From assembly GCA_945885475.1 (NCBI GenBank), contig CAMCYR010000009.1, positions 16,062-80,061 of the forward strand: a stretch of 64,000 bases of DNA. Direction: 5' to 3'. The translations under genes and the position numbers were made by a program. Under the pieces are notes generated by a model that saw nothing but the letters and a program-made list of their open reading frames with translations, was not told the DNA's origin and did not search any database. This document shows positions 19,802 to 30,463 of this stretch, piece after piece (positions within the stretch are counted from its first letter, which is position 1; the number at the start of each line of letters is the position of its first letter). This stretch comes from Chitinophaga pinensis (GTDB lineage Bacteria > Bacteroidota > Bacteroidia > 2-12-FULL-35-15).

Positions 19802-22800
19802 ATGAAACTAAAATTACTTACTATTTTTTACGTCTGTTCTTTTTTAGCAGTAAACGCTAAAAATTTTGATGAGAAGGCTACTATATTAAATTTAAATACT
19901 TCTTCTAATGAGGTTATTTATGGACTGAAAATTTCTCCACTAGCCTGCACTATTACTGGTTCCATTTCATCCCAATCGAATGTAACGTGTTTTGGAGGGA
20001 ATAATGGCACTGCTGAAATTAATGCATCCGGAGGAACGGGTGCACTAACCTATGACTGGACACCGGGAAACCCAATAGGAGATGGCACACCAAGTGTATC
20101 AGGATTAACAGCTGGCACATGGACTTGCACGGTTACTGATATAAACAGTTGCAGCTTTTCACAAACCGTTAATATCAACGAACCAACTCCTATAAATCTT
20201 GCTTTTTTTTCACAAACAGATGTTTCCTGTTATGGAGGAAGTAATGGTGAATTATCTATTTATGCTATTGGGGGAACTGGAACACTGTTGTATGACTGGA
20301 CTCCTGGTTCCTTTCCAGGTGATGGAACACCTAATGTTACTGGTTTATATGCTGGTACATGGATTTGTAATATTACAGACGACAATAACTGTACTAAAGC
20401 AGAAGTGTTTATTATTAATGAACCTCCACCAATAGTTATTAATACAACTTTACAAACAAACGTTTCTTGTAATGCCGGAAATAATGGCGCAACTTCCGTT
20501 TCTGTAAGTGGAGGATCAACTGGAGGATATGTTTACAACTGGACGCCTGGAAATCCAAGCGGCGATGGCACAGAAAGCATTACCGATCTAACGGCTAATA
20601 CATGGACATGCACAGTAACAGATGGAATCGGATGCTTGGGGTCACAAACAATTATTATCACCGAACCTTCAATACTTCTTGTTTCTGCTTCATCGCAAAC
20701 AGCTGTTTCTTGCAACTCTGGAAACGATGGATCAGCTACTGTAACAAGTTCGGGAGGAACGGGATCTATTGCTTTCGATTGGAGTCCAGGAAGTCCTTTC
20801 GGTGATGGATCAGCAAATGTTAGCAACTTAAGTGCTGGCACATATACCTGCACCGTTTCTGATGCAAACGCTTGCGCTGCTTCCGAAACATTTACTATAA
20901 ATGAACCATCAGCTATTAGTGCATCCCAATCTATTTCTATTTGTGCCGGACAATCGATTACAGTTGGCAGTAGCACCTATTTATCTTCAGGAATATACAC
21001 GGATATATTAATGGCTTCTAATGGCTGCGATAGTTCAGTTATTACGAATTTAACTATTCTTCCAGTTGTTACGAGTGCTGGTTTTTCATCTAGTATTTCC
21101 GGAATGACTGTCGCTTTTTCTAACACTGGAATTGATGCAACCAATTACTACTGGGACTTTGGAGACGGCTCTTCATCCACAGCAGCTAATCCAACTCACA
21201 CCTATAATTACGGAGGTAATTTCAATGTCTGCCTTATCGCTTCGAATGGTTGCTCTTCCGAAACCGTTTGCCAACTCATTACTATTGTCTGCATTGCTCC
21301 CCTTGCAAGCTTCAGCTCAAACATAAATGGCTTGTCATTAAATTTCATAAGCACTAGTTCAAATGCTGCAAATTTTAATTGGAATTTCGGAGATGGTAAT
21401 TTTTCAACGAATGAAAATCCTAATTATGTTTATTATGCAGCAGGAACCTATACTGTTTGCCTAAACGTGAGCAATGCCTGCGGAACCTATTCTACCTGCG
21501 ATACTGTTACTGTAAATTGTGTATCACCCATCGCAAACTACAGTTCATCCGTAAGCGGTTTAACAGCAACGTTTATTAACACCTCTTCCAATGCAGCAAG
21601 TGTTTCTTGGAACTTTGGAGATAGTAACATATCTAGTTTAAACAACCCTGTACATGTCTATTCAAATCCGGGAACATATACCGTTACATTAATTGTAAGT
21701 AATGGTTGCGGAACAGATTCTATTGCACAGACGGTGATTGTGAACTGCGCATTGCCGGTTGCAAATTTTATATCTTCTCAAACTGGCTTAACAGCAGAAT
21801 TTGTGTCTACATCTACTAATGCTTCAACATTTCAATGGGATTTTGGTGATGGCGCAACCAGTATTTCTCCCTTTCCTCCGCCTCACCTCTACCCGTCAAC
21901 AGCGGCATATACGGCCTGCTTAATTGCTAGCAATGGTTGTGGAGCAGATACGCTTTGTAATGCGCTAAATATATGTACACCGCCTGTTGCATCCTTCAAC
22001 TCTAACTATACAGCACTTACGGGTATTTTTACAAATACAACGCCTTCGTCTTCTGGAAATTCATATTTATGGACATTTGGTGATGGGACTGCAACAAATT
22101 TTGTCAACCCAACACATCAATTTGGTCTATCAGGCAACAACACTATTTGTTTGACCGCAACAAACAGCTGTGGTACAAACACATTTTGTTTGACAGATAC
22201 ACTATTCTGTGCTCCATTTATGGATCAGGGAATATGTATGGTAACGGTAGATACCGCCAACAATCACAACATTGTATATTGGGACAAAACAGGATTGACG
22301 GGCGTTGATAGTTTCAGAATTTACAGAGAAGTGGCAACGAGTGTATGGTCGCATATTGCCTCAGTTGCTTTCGCAGATTTAAGTGAATATCACGACAACG
22401 TAGCAGATGCTGCTGTAAGTCAATGGGCATATAAAATTGCTATTTTAGATACATGTGGAAATGAATTACCACGGAGTTTATATCATTATACAATACATCT
22501 TCAAGTGTTAGGTGGTGGTAATTTACAATGGAGTCTTTATTCCATAGAGGCCACAGCAAATCCAGTTAATTTTTATCAGGTGTATCGGGACGACTTCGGT
22601 ACGGGTAATTTTTTACCGATTAGTTTAACCATACCTGGTACATTTACTTCCTATACCGATATTAATTTTGCATCGTTTCCACTTGCAGATTATATGGTGC
22701 AGGTTGATTGGAATATTTCTTGTACGCCCACGCGCATAGCAATCAATACCTCACACTCCAATATTCGTCACCAATCTATCTCTGTCATAGGAATTTCTGA

Positions 22801-23044
22801 GAATGATCGCGCTTCAGCAGTTACTATTTTTCCTAATCCGGCTAACGACAATGTGATGATTGAAGTTGAAAACCTTATTGGTCAAGAGCTAAAAATAATG
22901 AATGCATTGGGAGAACTTATTTTTAATACGAAGATAAAAGATAAGAAAACGGCAGTTGATATTTCTTCTTTTTCTAATGGAATTTATTCAATTCAAATTG
23001 AAACAGAAAATGGAAGAATTGTAAAAAAATTGGTGAAAAACTAA
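19802..23044 (+). CDS. T9SS cargo protein: 4 SprB repeats + Cys module + ~6 PKD domains + type-A CTD
   Basis: 1080 aa; SprB repeats 'CxGGxNGxA...GGTGxxxYDWTPGxPxGDGT...LxAGTxTCTVTDxNxC'; PKD 'WDFGDG...NPTHTY...'; C-terminal 'IFPNPANDNVMIEVENL...GIYSIQIETENG' Por_Secre_tail. Confidence 0.85.
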   Translation: MKLKLLTIFYVCSFLAVNAKNFDEKATILNLNTSSNEVIYGLKISPLACTITGSISSQSNVTCFGGNNGTAEINASGGTGALTYDWTPGNPIGDGTPSVSGLTAGTWTCTVTDINSCSFSQTVNINEPTPINLAFFSQTDVSCYGGSNGELSIYAIGGTGTLLYDWTPGSFPGDGTPNVTGLYAGTWICNITDDNNCTKAEVFIINEPPPIVINTTLQTNVSCNAGNNGATSVSVSGGSTGGYVYNWTPGNPSGDGTESITDLTANTWTCTVTDGIGCLGSQTIIITEPSILLVSASSQTAVSCNSGNDGSATVTSSGGTGSIAFDWSPGSPFGDGSANVSNLSAGTYTCTVSDANACAASETFTINEPSAISASQSISICAGQSITVGSSTYLSSGIYTDILMASNGCDSSVITNLTILPVVTSAGFSSSISGMTVAFSNTGIDATNYYWDFGDGSSSTAANPTHTYNYGGNFNVCLIASNGCSSETVCQLITIVCIAPLASFSSNINGLSLNFISTSSNAANFNWNFGDGNFSTNENPNYVYYAAGTYTVCLNVSNACGTYSTCDTVTVNCVSPIANYSSSVSGLTATFINTSSNAASVSWNFGDSNISSLNNPVHVYSNPGTYTVTLIVSNGCGTDSIAQTVIVNCALPVANFISSQTGLTAEFVSTSTNASTFQWDFGDGATSISPFPPPHLYPSTAAYTACLIASNGCGADTLCNALNICTPPVASFNSNYTALTGIFTNTTPSSSGNSYLWTFGDGTATNFVNPTHQFGLSGNNTICLTATNSCGTNTFCLTDTLFCAPFMDQGICMVTVDTANNHNIVYWDKTGLTGVDSFRIYREVATSVWSHIASVAFADLSEYHDNVADAAVSQWAYKIAILDTCGNELPRSLYHYTIHLQVLGGGNLQWSLYSIEATANPVNFYQVYRDDFGTGNFLPISLTIPGTFTSYTDINFASFPLADYMVQVDWNISCTPTRIAINTSHSNIRHQSISVIGISENDRASAVTIFPNPANDNVMIEVENLIGQELKIMNALGELIFNTKIKDKKTAVDISSFSNGIYSIQIETENGRIVKKLVKN

Positions 23045-23073
23045 AAAGCTTATAAATTAAAAACGACAACTAT

Positions 23074-26000
23074 TTGAACAAAATGCAACTGAAACTGAAA
23101 TTATTTTTTGCTTTACTTACTGTTGTGACTTTTTCTGCAACTGCACAAAATTTTGCTTGGGCAAAAGCGATGGTTGGAACTGGGACAACGGATGAAGGTT
23201 CACAATCGGTTGCCATTGACGCTGCAGGCAATGTATACACTACAGGACAATTCTTCGGAACAGTTGATTTTGATCCGGGCGCAAGTACCTTTAATTTGAC
23301 TTCTACTGGTTTGGAAGATATTTTCATCTCGAAGCTGGATGCTTCCGGGAATTTTTTATGGGCTAAAAAAATTGGGGGAACTGGTACTGATGTTGGCTGG
23401 AAAATTGCTCTTGATGCAAGCTCAAATGTAGTTGTATCTGGTTATTTCAGATACACAGCTGATTTTGACCCGGGTTCGGCTGTTTATACTTTATCACAAG
23501 TTGGAACAGCTGCTTATGCTGATATTTTTGTGCTTAAACTTGATACAAATGGGAATTTTGTTTGGGTAAAACAATTTGGGGCATCATCCGTTGATGATGA
23601 TGCATATGGTTTATATATCGACAATTTAAGTAATATATATATAACAGGTTACTTCTGGGGAACAATAGATTTTGACCCAGGAGCGGGAATAGCCAATTTA
23701 ACACCTACTGGAAATGCTGATATCTATATTTTAAAATTGGATGCTTCGGGAAGTTTTGTGTGGGCAAAAAAAATGGGCGGAACCCTATTAGATGAAGGAA
23801 AAGGCATTTATGTGGATGGTTTAGGCAATGTATTCACCGTTGGTGTTTTTAGAGGAACAGTAGATTTTGATCCGGGTTCAGGTACTGCAAATCTAATATC
23901 GGCAGGCAGTGATGATATTTTTATTTCGAAGCTCGACGCTTCAGGAAATTTTAACTGGGCAAAATCAATCGGTTCTACCGGAATTGATTTCGCGTCTTCT
24001 ATTTCTGTGGATGCTTCGGGAAATATATTTATATCCGGTTATTTTAACGGTACAGTAGATTTTGATCCCGGCTCAGGAATTTCAAATTTGACATCCGCAG
24101 GTATTGAAGATATTTTTGTTTGTAAACTTGATGCCACCGGAAATTATAGTTGGGCAAAACGAATTGGAAGTACTTCAACTGATAAAGCAGTCGCTTCAAT
24201 TGTTGACGCATCCGGAAACATTCAAATAACTGGTTCTTATTCAGGAACCGTAGATTTCGATCCTGGCGCAACAACAACAAATCTCAGCTCTGCAGGTCTA
24301 ACAGATATTTTCGTATGCACGCTTGATGCTTCCGGTAATTTCCTTAGAGCAAAAACAATAGGTGGTACAGGAAATGACGCTGGAAATTCAATTGCAGTGT
24401 CTAGTTCAGGAAGTAGTTATATTTCTGGAGATTACAGCGGAACAGTAGATTTTGATCCAAGTGCAAGTACCTTTAACTTAAGTTCAGGTGGTGGTAAGGA
24501 TATTTTTGTAATGAAATTTTTAGCACCCTGTAACATTACAAACTCGAGTTCCCAAACGAATCTAACTTGTAATGGAATATGTACTGGATCAGCTACAATG
24601 ATTCCTAGTGGCGGAACATCTCCTTACACCTACTCATGGGCACCTTCAGGAGGTTCAGCAGCAACGGCAAATTCATTATGTGCAGGAAGTTATACCTGTA
24701 CCGTTACCGACAATGTCGGCTGTACGTCAACCAGAACGTATATCCTTACACAGCCGACTGCAATAAGTGTTGGTGCGTCTTTGCAATCAAACGTAATTTG
24801 TAATGGGGGAAACAATGGTGCAGCGAGTGTAAATGCAAGCGGAGGAACGGGAACATTAACTTATAATTGGACACCTGGAAATCCAACAGGCGATGGAACA
24901 GCCAGTGTTTCTGGTTTAACTGCCGGAACGTGGACGTGCACAGTAACGGATGCTAATGGCTGCAGTGGCTCTCGCACATTTACAATCACGCAACCACCAG
25001 CAATTGCTGTAAGCATTGCTTCACAAACAAATACAACATGTAATGGTGGTACGAATGGGGCTGCCAGTGTTACAGCTTCTGGGGGTGTAGGAATTTTGGC
25101 ATACGACTGGATGCCAGGAAACCCAACGGGAGATGGCACCAATAGCATTTCAGGGATATTCGCCAATACGTGGACTTGCTATGTAAGCGATGAAAATGGT
25201 TGTACTGCTTCACAAGCAATCACAATTACTCAGCCACCTGCAATTAGCGTTCTTACTTCATCTATCTCTCCCCCATCTTGCAATGGTGGAAATAATGGAT
25301 CCGCTTCCGTATCTGCATCTGGAGGAACAGGAAGTTTATCATACAACTGGACACCAGGAAACCCAACGGGTGATGGAACAACCATTGTTTCGGGTCTAAC
25401 TGCAGGATCTTGGACCTGCACTGCAACAGACGGAAGTGGGTGTACAGGAGCAAGAACAATAAATCTAACACAACCAACTGCAATTTCAGTTGCTGCTGTT
25501 TCCCAGACAAATGTTTCTTGTAACGGAGGTAGCAATGGATCAGCAAGTGCTTCGGCTTCGGGAGGTACAGGTACTTTATCTTTCAACTGGACGCCCTATG
25601 GAGGAACAGCTTCAACGGCAACCGCATTAACTGCCGGGACCTATACGTGTACCGTTACCGATGCAAATCTGTGTTCAGCATCCAGAACATTTATAATCAC
25701 GCAACCTACCGCGATCGTTGTGAATGCCGTTTCACAAACAAACGTTTCCTGCAATGCCGGAAATAATGGCGCTGCAACGATATCCGCTTCTGGAGGAACA
25801 GGTGCATATACATACAATTGGACGCCATTCGGAGGAACGGGAATAACGGCTTCAGGTTTAATTGCAGGAACATATACCTGCACCGTTACCGATGCAAATG
25901 CATGTTCGGCGAGTAGAATATTTACGATCACGCAACCAACAGCGATTGTTGTAAATGCAGTTTCTCAAACAAACGTTTCCTGCAATGCAGGAAATAATGG

Positions 26001-29000
26001 CGCTGCAACGATAGCTGCCTCAGGCGGAACAGGGGCATTCACCTATAATTGGACGCCAGGAAATCCTACAGGCGATGGAACTGTTGGTGTTTCTGGACTA
26101 ACTGCAGGATCGTGGACCTGCACGGTTACGGATGCAAATGCATGTTCTGCTTCACGCATTATTACAATCACTCAACCTACTCCTATTTCTGTTGGAATTT
26201 CTTCCCAAACAAATGTTTCTTGTAACGGAGGAAGTAATGGCGCTGCTTCCATATTCGCTTCAGGTGGTACTGGCGCACTCACTTATAACTGGACTCCAGG
26301 AAATCCAACGGGAGATGGCACAGCAAGTGTTTCGGGATTAACTGTAGGATCGTGGACCTGCACTGTAACGGATGCAAATGGATGTAATTCCACACAAATA
26401 TTCACGATTACTCAACCAACAGTAATTAATATTTCTGCAACAGCACAAAGCAATGTATCTTGTAACGGCGGAAACAATGGAACGATTACAGTAAACGCAA
26501 CTGGCGGAACAGGTGCTTTCACTTATAACTGGACGCCATCCGGAGGAACGGGAATTACAGCTACTGGTTTAATTGCAGGAACATATACCTGCACCGTTAC
26601 CGATGCAAATCTTTGTACAGCCTCAAGATCATTTACGATCACGCAGCCAACAGCTATTGTTGTAAATGCAGTTTCACAAACAAACGTTTCCTGCAATGCA
26701 GGGAATAATGGCGCTGCAACGATATCTGCTTCTGGCGGAACAGGTGCATTCACCTATAATTGGACGCCAGGAAATCCTTCAGGCGATGGAACAGTCAGTG
26801 TTTCGGGATTAACTGCCGGTTCATGGACCTGCACGGTTACCGATGCAAATGCATGTTCTGCTTCACGCATTATTACAATCACAGAGCCTACTGCTATTTC
26901 AGTAGTAGCTGTTTCCCAAACAAATGTTTCTTGTAACGGAGGAAGTAACGGTGCTGCAGCTGTTTCTGCTTCAGGCGGAACAGGTGCATATACTTACAAT
27001 TGGACGCCAGGAAATCCTACAGGAGACGGAACAGCAAGTGTTACTGGACTAAGTGCTGGATCGTGGACCTGCACGGTTACCGATGCAAATGGTTGTGCAG
27101 CATCCAGAACATTCACAATCACGCAACCATCAGTTATTGTTGTGAATGCCGTTTCACAAACAAACGTTTCCTGTAATGCAGGAAGCAATGGCGCTGCAAC
27201 GATATCTGCTTCAGGTGGAACAGGGGCATTCACATACAATTGGACGCCATTCGGAGGAACGGGAATTACGGCTTCAGGTTTAATTGCAGGAACGTATACT
27301 TGTACCGTTACCGATGCAAATGCATGTTCGGCGAGTAGAACATTTACGATCACACAACCAACTGCTATTGTTGTGAATACAGTTTCACAAACAAACGTTT
27401 CCTGCAATGCAGGAAGTAATGGCGCTGCAACGATATCTGCCTCGGGCGGAACAGGGGCATTCACCTATAATTGGACGCCAGGAAATCCTACAGGCGATGG
27501 AACTGTTAGTGTTTCGGGACTTACTGCAGGTTCATGGACTTGCACGGTGACAGATGCAAATGGATGTTCTGCTTCACGCATTATTTCAATCACAGAACCT
27601 ACTCCTATTGCTGTTGTTGCTTTTTCCCAAACAAATGTTTCTTGTAATGCAGGAAATAATGGCGCTGCAACGATATCAGCTTCTGGAGGAACAGGCGCAC
27701 TCACTTATAATTGGACTCCAGGAAATCCAACGGGAGATGGAACAGCAAGTGTTACTGGATTAACTGCCGGCTCATGGACCTGCACGGTTACTGATGCAAA
27801 TGCATGTTCTGCTTCACGCATTATTACAATCACAGAACCTACTGCTATCTCCGTTGCTGCTGTTTCCCAAACAAATGTTTCGTGTAACGGAGGAAGCAAT
27901 GGATCAGCTACTGCATCTGCTGCAGGAGGAACGGGTACTTTATCTTTCAACTGGACGCCATACGGGGGATCTGCTTCATCGGCAACCGGATTAACTGCAG
28001 GAACTTACACCTGCACCGTTACCGATGCAAATGCTTGTTTGGCAAGTAGAACATTTACGATCACAGAACCAACTGCAATTTCAGTTCTGTCTGCTTCCCA
28101 AACAAATGTTTCCTGCAATTCCGGGAACAATGCAGCGGCAACGATAGCTGCTTCAGGCGGAACAGGTGCTTACACATACAACTGGACGCCATTCGGAGGA
28201 ACGGGAATTTCAGCTTCAGGTTTAATTGCAGGAACATACACCTGCACTGTTACTGATGTAAATCTTTGTTCATCATCACTTACATTTTCTATAACAGAGC
28301 CAGCAGCAATTTCGGTAACGATAGTTTCTCAAACAAACGTTTCCTGCAATGCAGGAAATAATGGCGCTGCAACGATATCTGCTGTTGGAGGAACAGGTGC
28401 ATTTACTTACAATTGGACACCAGGAAATCCTACCGGAGATGGAACAGCAAGTGTTTCTGAACTAAGCGCAGGGGCTTTTACCTGCACTGTTACAGATGAA
28501 AATGGGTGTTCGGCATTCCGAATTATAACTATCACAGAACCTACTCCTATTTCTGTTGGAGTTTCTTCTCAAACAAATGTTTCTTGTAACGGAGGAAGTA
28601 ATGGTTCAGCTTCGGTATTCGCTTCAGGTGGTACTGGTAGTATTTCCTTCAACTGGCTTCCCTTTGGAGGCAATTCAGCATTCACAACGGGATTATCCGC
28701 AGGAACTTATTCTTGTAATATTTCGGATGCAAATGGCTGTTCAGCAATTCAACTGTTTACTATTTTAGAACCAACAGTAATTATAGTTGCTCCCGTTTCC
28801 CAAACCAATATCTCTTGTAATGGAGGCAATAACGGAGCTGCAGCGGTTTCTGCTTCGGGAGGAACAGGTGTTTTATTATTTAATTGGGCTCCTTCTGGCG
28901 GTTCTGCCCCAGCAATAACAGGGCTTACGGCCGACACGTATACCTGTACCGTTTCTGATGAGAATGGATGCAGCGCAACACAAACTTTTATCATTACTGA

Positions 29001-30405
29001 ACCTTCGCAAATAATAGTTTCTTCTTCTTCACAAAACAATGTATCGTGTAATGGAGGAAGCAATGGTGATGCGAGTGCAAGTGCAACAGGTGGCACAGGA
29101 TTGCTCAGCTACAGCTGGACTCCCTTTGGAGGTTCAACATCATCCGCAACAGGATTAAGTGCTGGAATTTATACTGTTACAGCCACGGATGAAAATGGTT
29201 GTAGCTCTTCACTCCAATTCGACATTTCAGAACCTACCACAATTGTTGTGAACACTGTTTCGCAAACAAATAATTTGTGTAATGGTGGAAATAATGGTAA
29301 TGCTGCTATTTCGGTTATTGGAGGAATTGCAGGATACACTTACGATTGGACGCCCGGAAATCCGACAGGTGATGCAAGCAATTCTATCAGTAATTTAACA
29401 GCAGGAATCTGGAATTGCTCTGTAACAGATGCGAATGGATGTGTTACCAACCATACCGTTTCAATTACAGAACCTGCAGCGATAATTATAAATCAATCTA
29501 ACATTATTTGTGCGGGTGCTTCTATTACTGTAGGAGTAAATACATATTCCAGCTCAGGAGTTTACACCGATGTATTAATTGCAGCGAATGGTTGCGATAG
29601 TACTGTAATTACTAATTTAACAGTGAATCCCGCACTATCAGCATCACAAACCATTGTTCGTTGCGCAGGTGAATCAATCACAGTTGGAGTAAATACGTAT
29701 TCAACGTCAGGAGTTTATACCGATGTATTAAATGCAGTGAATGGTTGCGATAGTACTGTAACAACGAATTTAACTGTGAATTCTCCTATTTCAGGATCTC
29801 AAACAATTATTCGCTGTGCAGGTGAATCCATTACGGTTGGATTAAATACCTATTCCATCTCAGGAGTTTACACCGATGTATTAACTGCAGCGAATGGGTG
29901 CGATAGTACCGTAACAACTAATTTAACGGTGAAACCTTCCATAAACATTGCTACTTCTCTTTCAGGAACAACAATCACTGCAATAGCAAATCCAGCGACT
30001 TATCAATGGATAGATTGCAATAATAGTAATGTGATAATTGCTGGTGCAACTAATCAATCTTTTGTTTCAACAATGAATGGTAGCTATGCGGTTATTGTTA
30101 CACAAAATGGATGCAGTGATACGAGTGCATGCGTGAACATTACAAATACAGGAATAAATGGATCAATTCAGAACAGTGAATTATTAATTTATCCAAATCC
30201 AACGAACGAAAAAGTAATTATCGAACTTGGAAATTTGATCGGACAACATTTAAAAATAATGAATGCTATTGGTCAGATTGTTTATGCTGCTGAAATAAAA
30301 AATACAAAAATAGAAATCGATCTTTCTGATTTTGCGAACGGAATATATACAATTCAGGTGCAAACAGCAAAGGGTATCGTTCTGAAAAAATTGGTAAAGA
30401 ATTAA
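23074..30405 (+). CDS. Giant T9SS cargo protein: ~9 SBBP beta-propeller repeats + ~21 SprB repeats + 3 Cys modules + type-A CTD
   Basis: 2443 aa; N-terminal repeats 'GxDxxxxIAxDxxGNxYxTGxFxGTxDFDPG...DIFIxKLDASGNFxWAK'; SprB repeat array; C-terminal 'LIYPNPTNEKVIIELGNL...GIYTIQVQTAKG' CTD. Confidence 0.85.
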   Translation: MNKMQLKLKLFFALLTVVTFSATAQNFAWAKAMVGTGTTDEGSQSVAIDAAGNVYTTGQFFGTVDFDPGASTFNLTSTGLEDIFISKLDASGNFLWAKKIGGTGTDVGWKIALDASSNVVVSGYFRYTADFDPGSAVYTLSQVGTAAYADIFVLKLDTNGNFVWVKQFGASSVDDDAYGLYIDNLSNIYITGYFWGTIDFDPGAGIANLTPTGNADIYILKLDASGSFVWAKKMGGTLLDEGKGIYVDGLGNVFTVGVFRGTVDFDPGSGTANLISAGSDDIFISKLDASGNFNWAKSIGSTGIDFASSISVDASGNIFISGYFNGTVDFDPGSGISNLTSAGIEDIFVCKLDATGNYSWAKRIGSTSTDKAVASIVDASGNIQITGSYSGTVDFDPGATTTNLSSAGLTDIFVCTLDASGNFLRAKTIGGTGNDAGNSIAVSSSGSSYISGDYSGTVDFDPSASTFNLSSGGGKDIFVMKFLAPCNITNSSSQTNLTCNGICTGSATMIPSGGTSPYTYSWAPSGGSAATANSLCAGSYTCTVTDNVGCTSTRTYILTQPTAISVGASLQSNVICNGGNNGAASVNASGGTGTLTYNWTPGNPTGDGTASVSGLTAGTWTCTVTDANGCSGSRTFTITQPPAIAVSIASQTNTTCNGGTNGAASVTASGGVGILAYDWMPGNPTGDGTNSISGIFANTWTCYVSDENGCTASQAITITQPPAISVLTSSISPPSCNGGNNGSASVSASGGTGSLSYNWTPGNPTGDGTTIVSGLTAGSWTCTATDGSGCTGARTINLTQPTAISVAAVSQTNVSCNGGSNGSASASASGGTGTLSFNWTPYGGTASTATALTAGTYTCTVTDANLCSASRTFIITQPTAIVVNAVSQTNVSCNAGNNGAATISASGGTGAYTYNWTPFGGTGITASGLIAGTYTCTVTDANACSASRIFTITQPTAIVVNAVSQTNVSCNAGNNGAATIAASGGTGAFTYNWTPGNPTGDGTVGVSGLTAGSWTCTVTDANACSASRIITITQPTPISVGISSQTNVSCNGGSNGAASIFASGGTGALTYNWTPGNPTGDGTASVSGLTVGSWTCTVTDANGCNSTQIFTITQPTVINISATAQSNVSCNGGNNGTITVNATGGTGAFTYNWTPSGGTGITATGLIAGTYTCTVTDANLCTASRSFTITQPTAIVVNAVSQTNVSCNAGNNGAATISASGGTGAFTYNWTPGNPSGDGTVSVSGLTAGSWTCTVTDANACSASRIITITEPTAISVVAVSQTNVSCNGGSNGAAAVSASGGTGAYTYNWTPGNPTGDGTASVTGLSAGSWTCTVTDANGCAASRTFTITQPSVIVVNAVSQTNVSCNAGSNGAATISASGGTGAFTYNWTPFGGTGITASGLIAGTYTCTVTDANACSASRTFTITQPTAIVVNTVSQTNVSCNAGSNGAATISASGGTGAFTYNWTPGNPTGDGTVSVSGLTAGSWTCTVTDANGCSASRIISITEPTPIAVVAFSQTNVSCNAGNNGAATISASGGTGALTYNWTPGNPTGDGTASVTGLTAGSWTCTVTDANACSASRIITITEPTAISVAAVSQTNVSCNGGSNGSATASAAGGTGTLSFNWTPYGGSASSATGLTAGTYTCTVTDANACLASRTFTITEPTAISVLSASQTNVSCNSGNNAAATIAASGGTGAYTYNWTPFGGTGISASGLIAGTYTCTVTDVNLCSSSLTFSITEPAAISVTIVSQTNVSCNAGNNGAATISAVGGTGAFTYNWTPGNPTGDGTASVSELSAGAFTCTVTDENGCSAFRIITITEPTPISVGVSSQTNVSCNGGSNGSASVFASGGTGSISFNWLPFGGNSAFTTGLSAGTYSCNISDANGCSAIQLFTILEPTVIIVAPVSQTNISCNGGNNGAAAVSASGGTGVLLFNWAPSGGSAPAITGLTADTYTCTVSDENGCSATQTFIITEPSQIIVSSSSQNNVSCNGGSNGDASASATGGTGLLSYSWTPFGGSTSSATGLSAGIYTVTATDENGCSSSLQFDISEPTTIVVNTVSQTNNLCNGGNNGNAAISVIGGIAGYTYDWTPGNPTGDASNSISNLTAGIWNCSVTDANGCVTNHTVSITEPAAIIINQSNIICAGASITVGVNTYSSSGVYTDVLIAANGCDSTVITNLTVNPALSASQTIVRCAGESITVGVNTYSTSGVYTDVLNAVNGCDSTVTTNLTVNSPISGSQTIIRCAGESITVGLNTYSISGVYTDVLTAANGCDSTVTTNLTVKPSINIATSLSGTTITAIANPATYQWIDCNNSNVIIAGATNQSFVSTMNGSYAVIVTQNGCSDTSACVNITNTGINGSIQNSELLIYPNPTNEKVIIELGNLIGQHLKIMNAIGQIVYAAEIKNTKIEIDLSDFANGIYTIQVQTAKGIVLKKLVKN
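24527..29490 (+). repeat. In-frame tandem array of ~21 x ~240-bp SprB-repeat coding units, many near-identical at the nucleotide level, with higher-order ~1.4-kb periodicity
   Basis: Direct reading: e.g. units beginning ~25696 and ~27120 align with roughly 90 % or more identity by eye (not computed) across >450 nt; recurring 4-unit pattern (TPYGG / TPFGG / GNPTGDGTV / GNPTGDGTAS variants). Confidence 0.85.
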
Positions 30406-30463
30406 TTTATAATTATAGAAACTAATTGATTACTAATTAAAGTTGTAAAAAGAAAATAGTTAA

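Noticed and set aside
24044-29096. Numerous minus-strand and alternative-frame ORFs (e.g. 24861..25166, 25230..25586, 26994..27464, 27465..27950, 28749..29096) inside the giant cargo gene
   Set aside because: They lie antisense to or out of frame with a strongly supported 2443-aa repeat protein. Low stop-codon frequency in Gly/Thr/Ala-rich tandem repeats creates them, and their translations are repeat mirror images with no independent features.
24527-29490. Possible CRISPR array, suggested by the regular ~240-bp tandem periodicity
   Set aside because: Units are in-frame protein-coding SprB repeats. There are no short invariant direct repeats separated by unique spacers, and no cas genes.
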